Positions 13,401 through 25,655 of a DNA stretch of 64,000 nt are shown here, piece by piece. Below the pieces are notes generated by a model. It did not search any database. It was not told where the DNA came from and worked only from the letters and a program-made list of their open reading frames with translations. Position numbers and translations under genes: made by a program. Position 1 is the stretch's first letter. Each line of letters opens with the position of its first letter. Source of the stretch: Podarcis melisellensis (lineage: Eukaryota); the NCBI GenBank assembly GCA_964234715.1, contig OZ174276.1. The stretch is one strand, 5' to 3'.

Positions 13401-14305
13401 GATTTTTGTGGCAACTTTGCTTCAGTTAGGTGGTTAATTGAAAGAACAAGTTTCCTAGATACTTTTGGAACCACCTAAAGGCCAAACTAGAAGCATCTCA
13501 TGGCCAAACAGACAACGGTGCCCCTAAATGCAGGGTTTTAAAACATTTTGCCAGCGTAGAGCCCCCAATCCAGAACATGGGGCATAAAGTTTTAAATTAT
13601 TTCTGCCAGGGAAGAAATAATTCAGATGGGAGTGAGTTTTACTGGTGGTTTTCATGGGTGGGTGGGTGGGTGGGAGAAGCTCAGTCTAAAGCAAATAGGA
13701 ATGTCTTTGAAGAGGAGATGAGGTTTGAGAAATCATCCTCTACTTTTTCAGCTGATGGTAGGACTAGAAAATTATTGGGATCCTTCCCAAACTTGATTCA
13801 CTGCTTGTTTGAATAGCTCAGATTCTGTATTCCAGTCTGTGTTAAACACAGTTTAGCAAACTTTTTTGCATCCATGGAAGTATGATGAGTTGATTTAAAT
13901 TGTTCCACAAGTGCATGCTTTAAGTGCTGTGTTTACCAGGTTCTCCAATGCCTGATAATTAATCATGATGCTTGAGCATGGATTTGCTTAGGAGTGTTAG
14001 CAAGGTTATGAACATCCTTTGACATTACTTTGCTACTTGGAATGTTGATAATTTAGGGAACTACAAATTAAGTGCAATCTTCAAGGTATTTACACCCACT
14101 TGGCATTTAATTTTTCTTTGCATGAGAGGAACCATATTTTCTTTCATTGCTCTGTGCTTAGATAGTTGATTAATCAAGCTATTGCTCATTCTGAACCCAG
14201 GTAGACTCTGTTTTCCCAACTATGGTAGCATCACTTTTGAATCATGTCAGGCTTAATTGTTTTAGTTTTGAGAAGAATGCTGCTGACTCTTATATCTGTT
14301 CAGTT

Positions 14306-14560
14306 GAGGCTAGGACCCGAACCAATAGGTTCAAGTTACAGGAAAGGAGATTCTGACTAAATATCAGGAAAAGCATTCTGACAGTAAGAGCTGTTTGACA
14401 GTGGAACAGACTCCTCTGAGTGGTGGTGGACTGTCCTTCCTTGGAGGTTTTTAAGCAGAGGTTGGATGGCCACCTGTCATGGAGGATTTAGTTGAGATTC
14501 CTGCATTGCAGGGGGTTGGACTAATGACCCCCGGGCCCCTTCCAACTCTATGATTCTATA
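14306..14560 (+). mobile_element. CR1 LINE 3' end
   Basis: aggacccgaaccaataggttcaagttacaggaaaggagattc...ttggaggtttttaagcagaggttggatggcca...cccttccaactctatgattcta, i.e. canonical CR1 3' end with an ATTCTATG-type tail. Confidence 0.9.
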
Positions 14561-17254
14561 GCTAGCCATACTAGTTAGTGAATGAAACATCAGCCTTAGA
14601 TGCAGCCACAGAATGTAAAAAAGGAAGAGAACAAAAAGTGACATTTTTGGTTCAGTATAAAGAGGGCTTTTAAATTTTATCTGAACATTTATATCCTGTT
14701 TTTCTATAATAAAATCAATGTAAGCTGGTTTAGAATGAAAGTACAAAAAAAATTGGGGAAGAAACCCCAAAGCAGCACACATAGTCATAAAAACCACATC
14801 AACAGCAGAAGAAACAGGGGTGCCACCCATACTGGTGTTTAATATGGATAGTAAGCTTTCTGTACCTTCATTAATTCTCCATTGTCCAGAGGGAGAATGT
14901 CATATGGACAATGGAGAATTAATGGAGATTTAGGAAGCTTGCTACCCACATTAAACAACAGTATGAATGAACCTGATCTTTTTTAAACATATATTCCTAT
15001 AGTTGCATATTTTTTTCTGAATTTCTTATAAAATTGATTTCAGATCACTTTTTGTGTGATTAAAATAATAATAAAAATAAGCTGAAACATGCTTGTTAAA
15101 ATTTGTTTCAAGGATTAAACATCAACTTTGATGTTAGGCTGGGTTTTTGTGTTTCTCTGTGTTATAGCAGTTGACTGCAGCGATGATAGGTTTTTATGCA
15201 ACTGAAAGTGCTGTTGTATAACTCTTTATTCATTCATATGGGTTTGGAACATCTCTTTCCTTCTGTAAATGGAATAGCATTCACTTTTACAAAATGGCTT
15301 TTCTGCCTCCCGCTTCGCTTTGTAGCACATTGTGCTCCACAGAAATCTGCTGCTGGGGGTTAGGGAACTCTCAGGAAAGGATGTTATGGGGGGGGCTGTA
15401 GATAAGAGGGGGGTTGGTTGGTGGAAATCACTCCTTTCCTTGTGTGAATGGAGGAGCAATGTAGATCCAAACTATTGTCCTCTTGATTTGACCTTTGGCC
15501 AGTAATTATTTTTTGTTTATATTCAGAATTAACCTACTCCGACATGATGCAGCAAAGGAGAATGTTATATATGTGGGCAGAATTTTATCCCCTTAAAAAG
15601 CATGGTTTATGGCCTAAGCTTACCTTGATAATGCCCTTCATCAAATTGATTATACCCTCTTTACATCCTTTATAAAACATTTTGTTAAAAGTTTTTTCTT
15701 GGCTGCTGCCCATAGGTAATGAGGAGGCTACCATGAGCCTGGGTGTGGACAACACATTAAGCCAAACCTTGGCTTAGTTCAGCATGGCAGTAAAAAATGG
15801 TCAGGATGAGCAAAGTTGAAGTGAGCTCCTCTGCAAGAGCTCACACATTCACACCATCTTGGTAAGACATAGTTTGCCTTACCGGTGCTGTAATTATAAA
15901 CTATAAACCAGTCTGAAAATGTTTGTGAATGGTTTTGTAAGTTATACTAAACCCTTTTCCCATGCTGCGTTGAATTCCAGAGGGCAATTTCCGTTAATTG
16001 AGATTTCATCTTGTTGCATTTTCATCTTCTTACTCTTTTATTCAAGAAATAAATAAGCATCTGGCTTTCTTTTTATATCTGCTGCAGTATCTGACTTCTA
16101 AATATACCTGTTCTTTTAAGTCTTCTCTAATTTGGTATTTATTTTCTGTCCCCTCATTTTCATCATCTCTTTTATTGAGAAGGAACTGCAGGCTAACAAG
16201 CCTTTTACATAATGGCATATTTCTCAACTTCATTTCTCTGACTGCAATGCCATACACCCAGATACTTGGCAGTAAGTTTCATCAGAGCAGGACTTATTTC
16301 TAAATAGAGAAGTATAGGATTCTGCTATAATTCTATTAAAGAGAAATAACAAGTTATCCCCACTAACACAGTGTACAATTGTTCAGAACCTTTGATAACA
16401 TCTAAGGTTGCTTTATGTGCAAACAGTTCCAATTGCTCCTTCCTCTCCTGCTCTGGTTCCCTCCTCTCATTTACAGAGTGGGGAAGAATAATGAAAGGAG
16501 TGTTTTAACTAAACAAAAAGATGAAGCAAGTGCTAATAAAAATGTGTTGGATACATTATTCACAACGAATAAGGCAATTAGTTCTACCGACAGTCCTCTT
16601 TAGATTGTGTCATCCACATGTTCTGCCTCCGATATAAGGAGTGAGCAAGACTAAGCAGGAGTTCTGCAACGTTTTAAGAGGTATGATAAACAGTATGGGC
16701 GTTTCAGATTGAAACATTACGCTTTCTTCAAAGGATGTAGGCGTGTGGCTTTCTGTGTGGGAGAGGGAACATGGGGGTGAAAAGTAATTAAAGCAGCAGG
16801 TAGCAAAGGCAACAACTTTGGATGTATTAAAAACAGCATGCTTTCGTCTTTGCAATTGCTGCTTTGCCAAGGGCAGCGGGAAGAGCCTTGAACAAGGGTA
16901 GCCAGATGTGCCAAGATTCCAAATGCATAGTTTTAGGCAGCTGCTGAAGCATGCATTTGTGATATCTGCCATTCAAATGATCTCAGTTGTTTCTAATTAA
17001 AATTCATATTTGTATCAGCAGAACCCCTAATGTCAACCATTGGCACTAGTGACTTGGAAACTGAAACCTAGGTGGCTTTAACTGACAAGCCGCAATATGT
17101 TCAACAGCTGTTTTAAGTCTGACTCCATAGCGACGGATTCACAGGTGAGCCAGTGATATATATATCTGCTCACCATTTAGACACTCTAGTCACTGCATCT
17201 ACAAACTAAGTATATTGGTGTAGAATGGTGTGACTCAGAGTTTCTGCAAGGCAT

Positions 17255-17680
17255 TGTTGTTGTTTAGTCGTTTAGTCGTGTCCGACGCTTCGTGACCCCA
17301 TGGACCAGAGCACACCAGGCACTTCTGTCTTCCACTGCCTCCCGCAGTTTGGTCAGACTCATGTTTGTAGCTTCGAGAACACTGTCCAACCATCTTGTCC
17401 TCTGCCGTCCCCTTCTCCTTGTGCCCTCCATCTTTCCCAACATCAGGGTCTTTTCCAGGGAGTCTTCTCTTCTCATGAGGTGGCCAAAGTATTGGAGCCT
17501 CAGCTTCACGATTTGTCCTTCCAGTGAGCACTCAGGGCTGATTTCCTTAAGAATGGATTGGTTTGTTCTTCTTGCAGTCCATGGGACTCTCAAGAGTCTC
17601 CTCCAGCACCATAATTCAAAAGCATCAATTCTTCGGCGATCAGCCTTCTTTATGGTCCAGCTCTCACTTCCATACAAGGG
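17255..17680 (-). mobile_element. BovB/RTE LINE, 5'-truncated, with an intact RT C-terminal frame
   Basis: YGSESWTIKKADRRRIDAFELWCWRRLLRVPWTARRTNQSILKEI...LQYFGHLMRREDSLEKTLMLGK...RWLD, (CAA)n tail, 12-bp TSD tctgcaaggcat (17243-17254, 17681-17692). Confidence 0.95.
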
Positions 17681-18988
17681 TCTGCAAGGCATACCCATAT
17701 ACATACCTGGATCTGCAAATAGCTGCTTGCACTGTAAATCCACCATCCAGTATTTCTAGTGTTCTGAGGTGCAAAAAAAAAAAGAGAGAGAGAGAGAGAG
17801 AGAGCTCCAGATGCATACTGCAATATAACTTAAAATACTAAGAAATGAAATTTGATCTCTACAAATGCAAAGAAAGCTTACTATATTTTGGGCATGTCAT
17901 TTGCAGTACTGTACATATTCTCAAATCCTGGATAAAGTTCCTTGTTTCCCCCCGACATACTGTAGCTCTTCAGTGATTTGTTTGTTTTGCTTTTGCAAAT
18001 CTTGACAGTTTGTAACTTGAAATGTTTCATTTAAAACACTGAGGAAGAAAGAAAATACTCTAAAGGGCACATTACATGAAAATGTACATGCAAAACTCCA
18101 GCATTCTGGAGCCCCATAGCGGGGAAATTAACTGCAGTGGGGAATGGCAGCAGAAAAATGTTAGACAATGCATCTGTTCCCCCACTCCACATTATGTGGA
18201 GATACATGGCCTACCACTTGTGTGCCAGCCCTGACCCATCTTGGCTGAAAACATTTGAGGGGCAAAGCCTGGTAGGGTGTCTAATGCCTCATTAAGACAG
18301 ATTGGTTCCAGCAACCTGAAAGGAGGAAGTAGTCTGATCGTTGTAAATATTTTTTTTCTTGGGATCTAAGGGAAAAAACCTTTTCCATAATCGCTTTTCA
18401 TTACAAGAAGAAGCTGCTGAAGTATTGTTACATGCAGTTATATGTATCTGTAGCTTGTTCCCCAGAATTCTCACTGAAAATCATTATTCAGTCTCGGTTA
18501 AGCTATTACTCTCAGCGTATTTTCAATAAGAAGGAATGAGATATTAATACATTCTACAGGTAGAGGCAATTGTCTTACCCTGTGCCTCCACGTCCAGGGC
18601 ACTAGACTGATTTAAAAGCATCTCTGGCATTGTATTGAGAGAACTAGAGAACTATTTATTTTCCTTACTTCTTGTCTGCGAAACTGAGCTGTTTTTCTTC
18701 AAGCTTTCAAAAAAACAGGCAGAGATTAAGTATGTTGAGCCAGCAGAAGTAGTTGTGTTAATGAGCAAAGTGATAAGAGAACAGAAAATCGGGAATTATA
18801 TTAGGCATCTTAGACTAAAACAGATGACATTTCCAGTTGTATTCACTAGTCATGTCTGAGACATCTGCCTTTATTTCAAAGGAGCTGCTGTTTTAAGTGG
18901 ACTATAAAAACAAGAAATTTTAAGCTTTGATTTTGAAATGTCACTTTTATAGGTCCTGTGACTATTTTGAATCAAAAATAGCCTAAAG

Positions 18989-19231
18989 CAGGGGTAGGCA
19001 ACCTAAGGCCTGGGGGCCGGATGCAGTCCAACTGCCTTCTTAATCCGGCCCACGGACGGTCTAGGAATCAGCGTGTTTTTACATGAGTAGAATGTGTCCT
19101 TTAATTTAAAATGCATCTCTGGGTTATTTGTGGGGCATAGGAATTTGTTAATTTCCCCCCCAAAAGTGGCCCACCACATGATCTGAGGGATGCTGGACCG
19201 CCCCACAGCTGAAAAAGTTTTCTGACCCCTG
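18989..19231. mobile_element. hAT-Charlie-type MITE
   Basis: Ends caggggtaggcaac / tttctgacccctg. Perfect 8-bp TSD GCCTAAAG. Confidence 0.9.
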
Positions 19232-19955
19232 GCCTAAAGGATGTAGGTTTGTACTACAAATTTCCATATGAAACCAGTGTGTTCATCTTATTTATTTATA
19301 TATGTTACATATTTCACAAGATTTAGATACCACTTGATTGTATTGCATTTAAGTTTATTACAAAAAAGAAATAAACATTAAAAAATAGTTAAAATCCACA
19401 ATAAGCTCAAAATCCAGATTAAAACACATGCCAACATTCTAAAGGTCTGGATGTCAAAAGGCAGGGAGTTCCAAAGTGTGGATGCTGCTACTCTCAAAAT
19501 CAATTTCAATTTCTTACAAGCATAGAATGAGTACTATGTGGCATCTGTAACAGTGCCAGTTACACAGATCAAAGTGGTCAAGTGGGCATATATGAGGTGA
19601 ACTTGCAAGCTGAATCAACTCTTTCACTGCTGTTGTTAGTCTTTGTTTAGATGGGTATAGAAGGCTTAAATAAAACAATGTGTGTAATGTAAAAACTCAG
19701 ACAAGTGCAGTGCTAAGGCATGAAGATGGCACGGTTCGCATTCCTAATTTCATTAACCAGATAATTCTTGTGCAGCAACAAGAGGTTGTAAATGGATAAG
19801 ACTGTAGTGACAGATGAAACAGAGTAACTGTGGCATTTGAAGTGCTTTGTAGAGTCTTCCCTGTGTGCATGGCCCTTGCTCTGTTCATTGGTCTTTTTCT
19901 CCCTACTGCATCCCCCAAGAGTTCTAAATCTCCTATAATTGCCATCCCTTCTGAA

Positions 19956-20005
<50 letters not shown>
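19956..20005. repeat. (AAT)n microsatellite next to an L2 tail
   Basis: About 16 perfect units. Confidence 0.95.
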
Positions 20006-20007
<2 letters not shown>

Positions 20008-20139
20008 TATTTATACCCTGCACATCTGGCTGAGTCTCCCCAAATACAAATACATGGAGTGGCTCTATACTGTGAATGATTGTCTATCTCCACATGAGTC
20101 TGTCTGTACTTGGCCATTTGGGCTCTGGTGGGTCACCAC

Positions 20140-20425
20140 TGGATAGTGGGCGTTTTCAATGGTGGAGCCCTGGCTTTGGAACACACTCCCAGAAGATCAC
20201 CTGGCACCCACTCTGATGTCTTTCTGTCACAGGCAAAGACCTTTTATATTCCTGGCGATCTCTTTTGCTTGGATTAGATTTTATGTTGCTTTTATAGATT
20301 TGCTATTTTTAACATGTTTTATGTATTATTTACTTCATATTGTTTTTAATATTTTATGATAAGATGCCCTGATACTTGAAGAGAGCGGAATAAATCTTTA
20401 ATAATAAATGACAAATAAATAAATA
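20140..20425 (+). mobile_element. Decayed L2 3' end
   Basis: AFSMVEPWLWNTLPED-like peptide followed by a T-rich UTR and aataaataaa tail. A minus-strand relative lies at about 19290-19610. Confidence 0.6.
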
Positions 20426-21063
20426 CTGAGTGCAGATCTCTCTGCCCCATCATAAAAAGAGCACCTTGTTTCTGACGAAAGGCTAATGTGTTTGGTTGAG
20501 GCTGTTTAGGGGGGAAAAACACAGTGTGAATAAAGTTGATTGGGAGCAGATTTCTCCCTCTGCCAAAAGACTAAAACTCAGGGTCATCTAATAAAATTGA
20601 TTGTTTAAGTCCTTGCACTCTGTGCTTCCAGAAAACAAAACTTTTATAGGCATCTCAGTTAGAAATGCTCCAATGAGGAGGCATAATCTCCTAGTGCCTT
20701 GCTGCTGCTATGGGGAATTAATAGTAGTGCATCTTTTTTCTTCCAATTTCTGGTGCATTTTCAAAGGATGTCTCTTTCTGGTTTTAGAGTGTGTCCATAA
20801 CCTTGGGTCATGGAACGGGTATTTTAAGTAAGTCCAAGCTGAAGTTTCCCTCCTTGTATAAACAAAATTAAAGAAATTAAGCTTGAACCCCTTCACCTCC
20901 CAAGACTAGGATGAGTAACTTATAGTTTGACAAGTAATTTACCATTGGCTTTCTGCCACAACAATGCATATGTGCAGAGAGAAGCACAGTGGATAGTAGA
21001 AAGAAATGTTCTCCTACCCTGTTTCTTGGCAATTCCTTCACTTCTAATGGATATGATGAATGG

Positions 21064-21066
<3 letters not shown>

Positions 21067-21113
<47 letters not shown>
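21067..21113. repeat. (CT)n microsatellite
   Basis: About 23 perfect units. Confidence 0.95.
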
Positions 21114-21118
<5 letters not shown>

Positions 21119-22189
21119 GCTAGAAACAGTAAACATACCAGCTTTAATGTTGAGCAAAGACGAGATTATTCAGGAACATCTAATGTTCTTATCAGAGTGG
21201 CGCAGACACTGCTTGCATCAGTCACGGTTCTGGCCTCTGCATCATAGTCAGCTACAGAGCTCTTCCAATTTAATAGTCACTACCAGGCAGCTAGTAGAAA
21301 CACTGTCCTGATAAAGCAGAAGTTCTTGTCGCTGTACATAATTCAACCTTGCAGAAAGAATCAGAATTTATAAAATACATTACCTGAGGGAAGCCTTTTT
21401 AAAGTGGGCGAGAATGAGGATAGACACAGGTAGCAGACGCAGGCAGTGTCTTTGTCCACCTTGCAGTTTTGTTTGCATATTATCATGTGCATATTGGGAG
21501 AGGAATCGGTCTTAACAAGAAGATGCTGTGTGGTTTGTCCATATGATGCAATAATTTCCACTACAGAGTGGCTGGCTGTAATCCTTGGAAATGTCACACA
21601 GAGTACATTAAGAAGCTCTGCAGGAGACTGAAAATGGTGGCACTCCTGGGTTTACTAAAGCAGCTTGCCCAAGTGAGGCAGCTGCTACACAAATTAATAG
21701 GTTTCCCCTGACATAATCTTTTTAGACCCAGTTCTCATGTTACTTAAGCATATGTAGGTTTCGATCTCGGGAGGGATGGGTGTACGGCTTGGTTGTGTTG
21801 TGCATAAAGAAAGGCTCCGTGCACAGTATACCTTCAAAGCACATTTCCCACCTCAAAGAATTCTGAGGGCTGTAGTTTACCCCTCATAGAGTTACAATTC
21901 CCAGCAACCTTTAACAAATTACAGTGCTCATAATTCTTTGAGAGGGGAAGTGTGTTTCAAATTTGCTTTAAAAGTATAGTGTATACACAAAGCACCTGTT
22001 AGTCGTGATACAGATTTCGATGCCTATATCATTGTGATTTTTACCTTACTTAAAATAAAATTTATTATAAGTCAACACAAGTTCTGCTTAGGTAAAGCTA
22101 ACCTAACAATCAGCCTTTATAGGCCTGAACAATTTGGAAAGCAATAAAGAAATTTGATGATATTGATGGATTTGACTGGGTGTTCCCAG

Positions 22190-22320
22190 AAGGTAGGTGT
22201 GGGGCCACTGGCTTATGGGGACCCACAGGATTCTATTCTTTACATCATGCTATTCCGTATGTATGAAACTGCTAGCAGGTCATCGGAGGTTTTTGGTGAT
22301 GTGTCAGCTGGGGATGGAGA
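22190..22320 (+). mobile_element. L2 reverse transcriptase fragment
   Basis: PLAYGDPQDSILYIMLF is a decayed GVPQGSILSPMLF motif. Confidence 0.6.
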
Positions 22321-23609
22321 AGGAATTTGTTTGTTCCACTTTTTGCAGGGGACCAGCTTGATCTGACATTCCCAAATTTGTTTGTGGATTGGAACACAAC
22401 TCCCAGTCAGAATACTCACTTCTCCAGATTTTGGATGTTTCAGGGAGCAAAAATTTTGACGGCAAGCTGTCATTCATTCATCAGTCATATTATACTAGCC
22501 GTTGATAAAAGTAGATAAAGGTTCAGTATCAAAGGTTTCATCACAGAAATTACATTATAGGGGAAACATACTAAAATATAACCGTGTGTGAACAAGGGAG
22601 GGAGATCTAGAACAATAACATCTCAATTTAAACTGAACCAAACATATTTCTTATCTGCTTAGGAGTCCCCTACATTAACTGCCCTGATCTTTTCCATTTC
22701 TTCCACTTGAGATTTCCTTGCTGCTAAGGCATGCAGCACTGACAATTATTGACAAATCTTCTAATAAGCAGATGATTTATTAATCAAAATAGGTTATTTA
22801 AGCTAGGTTATTTCTCAAGTATTTCCCCTTGACCAATCATATGAGGGATATTTTAGTACATAGTGAATTACATTCTCTGTTTGATTCAAATTACAAATAC
22901 AATTCCATTGGGAGATAGGAACTTGTTTGTATGCTTGGGCAACTTTGAGAGATTTCTAATTCAGTCATATGTGAACAGATTTTTGTTGTTATCAGGACCC
23001 TCTCTGTGTGATCTGACCAAAGTTCAGCTAATAGCCAAAAGAAAAACTTACATTTTAATGCAACCTATAGAGAAAGAACTCTTCCCTGTTCTTTATTTTT
23101 TATTATTTTTGTGAGGTTCTTTTGCACATTTTGCACAACATGATTTTTTTAGCAGGATGCTGGATAACACAGTTTGCCTGTGCATCCCATGCATCCATAG
23201 ATTTACTGTACAAATTTCATGCAGAAATACAGTTAATGTTGTTATCCAGGAGTATAGATAATCTTGTTTAAAATCTCTGGCATATATTTTTGTTTCAGTA
23301 CTTCCTCAGAAGCTGTTGTTTGGATGGCAGCCAAGATTGGCTCTTCCCAAGATACTACTGAGTACATAACAACATAACAATGCAATATTAAAAATAAATA
23401 GACAATGTTATGAACTTTACCTGTAGCCTTCCAACAAAATTTCAAAGCTGAAAACAATTCTCTAAGGGAATAATTATCCCTGAATGTATAACTGGAAGAA
23501 CTCTATATGGTAAACGAGCATGAGGAAGAGATAATCTTCAGCCCTAGACATGTTTTGCTGGCCCAGGCCCAGTGCAGATATGGGTGGGACGGGGCAGTAT
23601 GATATTAGT

Positions 23610-23950
23610 TGCAACAAACCACAAGACAACAGTATTGGGATTTTACAGGCCACAACTTTATTGATTACAGTTGTTAGCAGGTTTTGGCATCAGCATTGAG
23701 TGTGTATCCTAACATCGACCAGCCCAATTGCTGACAGATGCTTGACAAGGTTAAGGGTCACCCTATCATGTACATCAAATCAGGGTGGCCCCACCTTTAA
23801 GACTACCATTTTGGGGAGCTATGGCCCATCAGTCCCTTTTTGGACATCAGGACAAAGCACTGCCCCCAGGATCCCTTTAAAGGGATACCATGATCCCAAC
23901 GTTGAACTGAGGCTAGGTTTTCCCTCTGGTTTGCTCCCAAGCCACAACCT
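23610..23950 (-). mobile_element. LTR-like repeat, copy A (possibly DIRS/Ngaro terminal repeat)
   Basis: Shares caataaagttgtggcct, gatttgatgt and gggat..ggta.cc..ttaaagg..tcc blocks, in the same order, with 60350-61050. Confidence 0.6.
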
Positions 23951-25502
23951 TTAGCTTGCCCCTGAAAATTGAGAGGTGTTTTACAATGTGTGCTTTTCAT
24001 GTTAATAATAATCTGTATGGGGGGATGGCTATTGTTTTGTTTGTTATTACGTTGTGTATTTTTGCGTTTTTATACTGTAAACTGTCCTGTGATTCTTAGT
24101 TGAGGGGCAATATTTAATTTTAATTTTAACAAAATCAGTTAATGGTTGGCCTCCAGCTCTCAGTTGCCTGATATTAGCTATGTTAATGTATACAGCTTTA
24201 TGTGGGGAAGTACAGCAAGGTGAAAACAATAGTGCGCCCATGACGAGGCAATGAGTTCAAATTCTAAGATGCATTCAGTTTTCAGGAAGGTGCTGCAAAG
24301 CAGTCTCTGTCAGTACAGTACATTGCACTGCAGTAAGCCGGAAGTCTTTTTGCCAGTACGCTTAGAAGTAGCAGCATTGTTTGTAAAAGGAGGCCCTGAA
24401 GAGACTTGTGTTGCGGCCTTCAGCTTGGGGGGGGGGGATGTGTAAATATGTGGACCCACACAGGCTAACACTGTTTTGTGTGAATATCTTGATGCCGACA
24501 TGCGCTAAGGTTATAAAATGTAAGTCTGTTTACTCAAAGCGGTTTGCTCTTTCTAGTATAATATCTATTGTGTAAAGCATCAGTATTGTACCCTCCAGCT
24601 AAACTCCCTCCCCCCCCCCCCTGTACAAAAATCCAATGTCTTTATGTGTTTGCTTCTGCTTCAGGCATAAGGTACCAGTGAATGAAAACAATTTTGAGCA
24701 CCAGTGATCCTTGTTGCCTTCAGGCCACCCTCCTCCCTCTCAAGTTGCTATTTTAATTCTGAGAAAGACAAAGAGTGACTAGCCAGGGCCCTGAGGCTTC
24801 TTGTTTATTCACGTGCCTGTCCCATGGCCCTTTTCAGCACAGCATCAAAAAGCACCCTAAATGCTGTTGCCTTGATTGAGAGGGCTGATGCTGAAGGTGT
24901 GCTGTGTTGGCTGCAATTTTTTTAAGACAGCAAAGGGAAAGAAGCAGAGAAAACATCTACACTCACTGTGGGCAGACTTTCCTACATTTCTGGCTTGCAA
25001 AGCAGGGAAGAAAGACCTGTACGCATGCACGTGCTCAGACCTTTTGGTCTTTTCCAGGAGCCAAAGGACAAAGAACATCTAAATGGGATCTAGTGAGGCA
25101 TCAAATCACACAAGAAGTATTTCTTAATGAACTGGAAGGGTTGTCCTTTTGCCTTGGGCTGGGTTGCTGGAGGAACGTTTTGCCGGTTATAATTGACAGC
25201 TCAGTGTCTTGATTGGAAGACCTGCTCTCAGATAACAGAGGTGTTGTGCTGTCTAGTTTCTGAATGTGTGTGTGTGCGTGCGTGTGCAGGTGGGGGGCAT
25301 TCTTTATTAGCTCTGTTTTCTGGAAGTTCCCCCTGTAAAAGTTCAGCCCCTATAAAATTGATTTCTGTTGGTTGGTGATTATAGGATGGGGAAGCTGTAG
25401 CAGGAAGCCAGGCCTTTAAAATCACTGGGACTAGGATGGGTTTAATTCTGCTTTCAGAGTTATGGAACCCTCTTACATACAACCATATATCATGGTTAGT
25501 AG

Positions 25503-25655
25503 CAGTGCTTTTTTCCTGGGGGTACGCAGGGGTACGCCTACCCCTAAACATTTTGTGAATCTAAGTTTGGCCTCATTAAGGGGCAGTATTTCAATATGAG
25601 TAGGAAACTGAGAGTACCCCTAAACTTTTTTTAAAAAAAAAGAAAAAAAACACTG
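25503..25655. mobile_element. hAT MITE
   Basis: TIRs cagtgctttttt / aaaaaaaacactg. 8-bp TSD gttagtag/cttagtag. Repeated gtacgc/tacccctaaac motifs. Confidence 0.85.

Noticed and set aside
17292-17759. 155-aa + ORF, with a similar ORF at 60385-60825
   Set aside because: Both are antisense shadows of the BovB RT frame, not a duplicated gene.
21563-21600. TEWL peptide resembling the start of a zinc-finger exon
   Set aside because: No CLNC follows, so it is not a duplicated or alternative finger exon.
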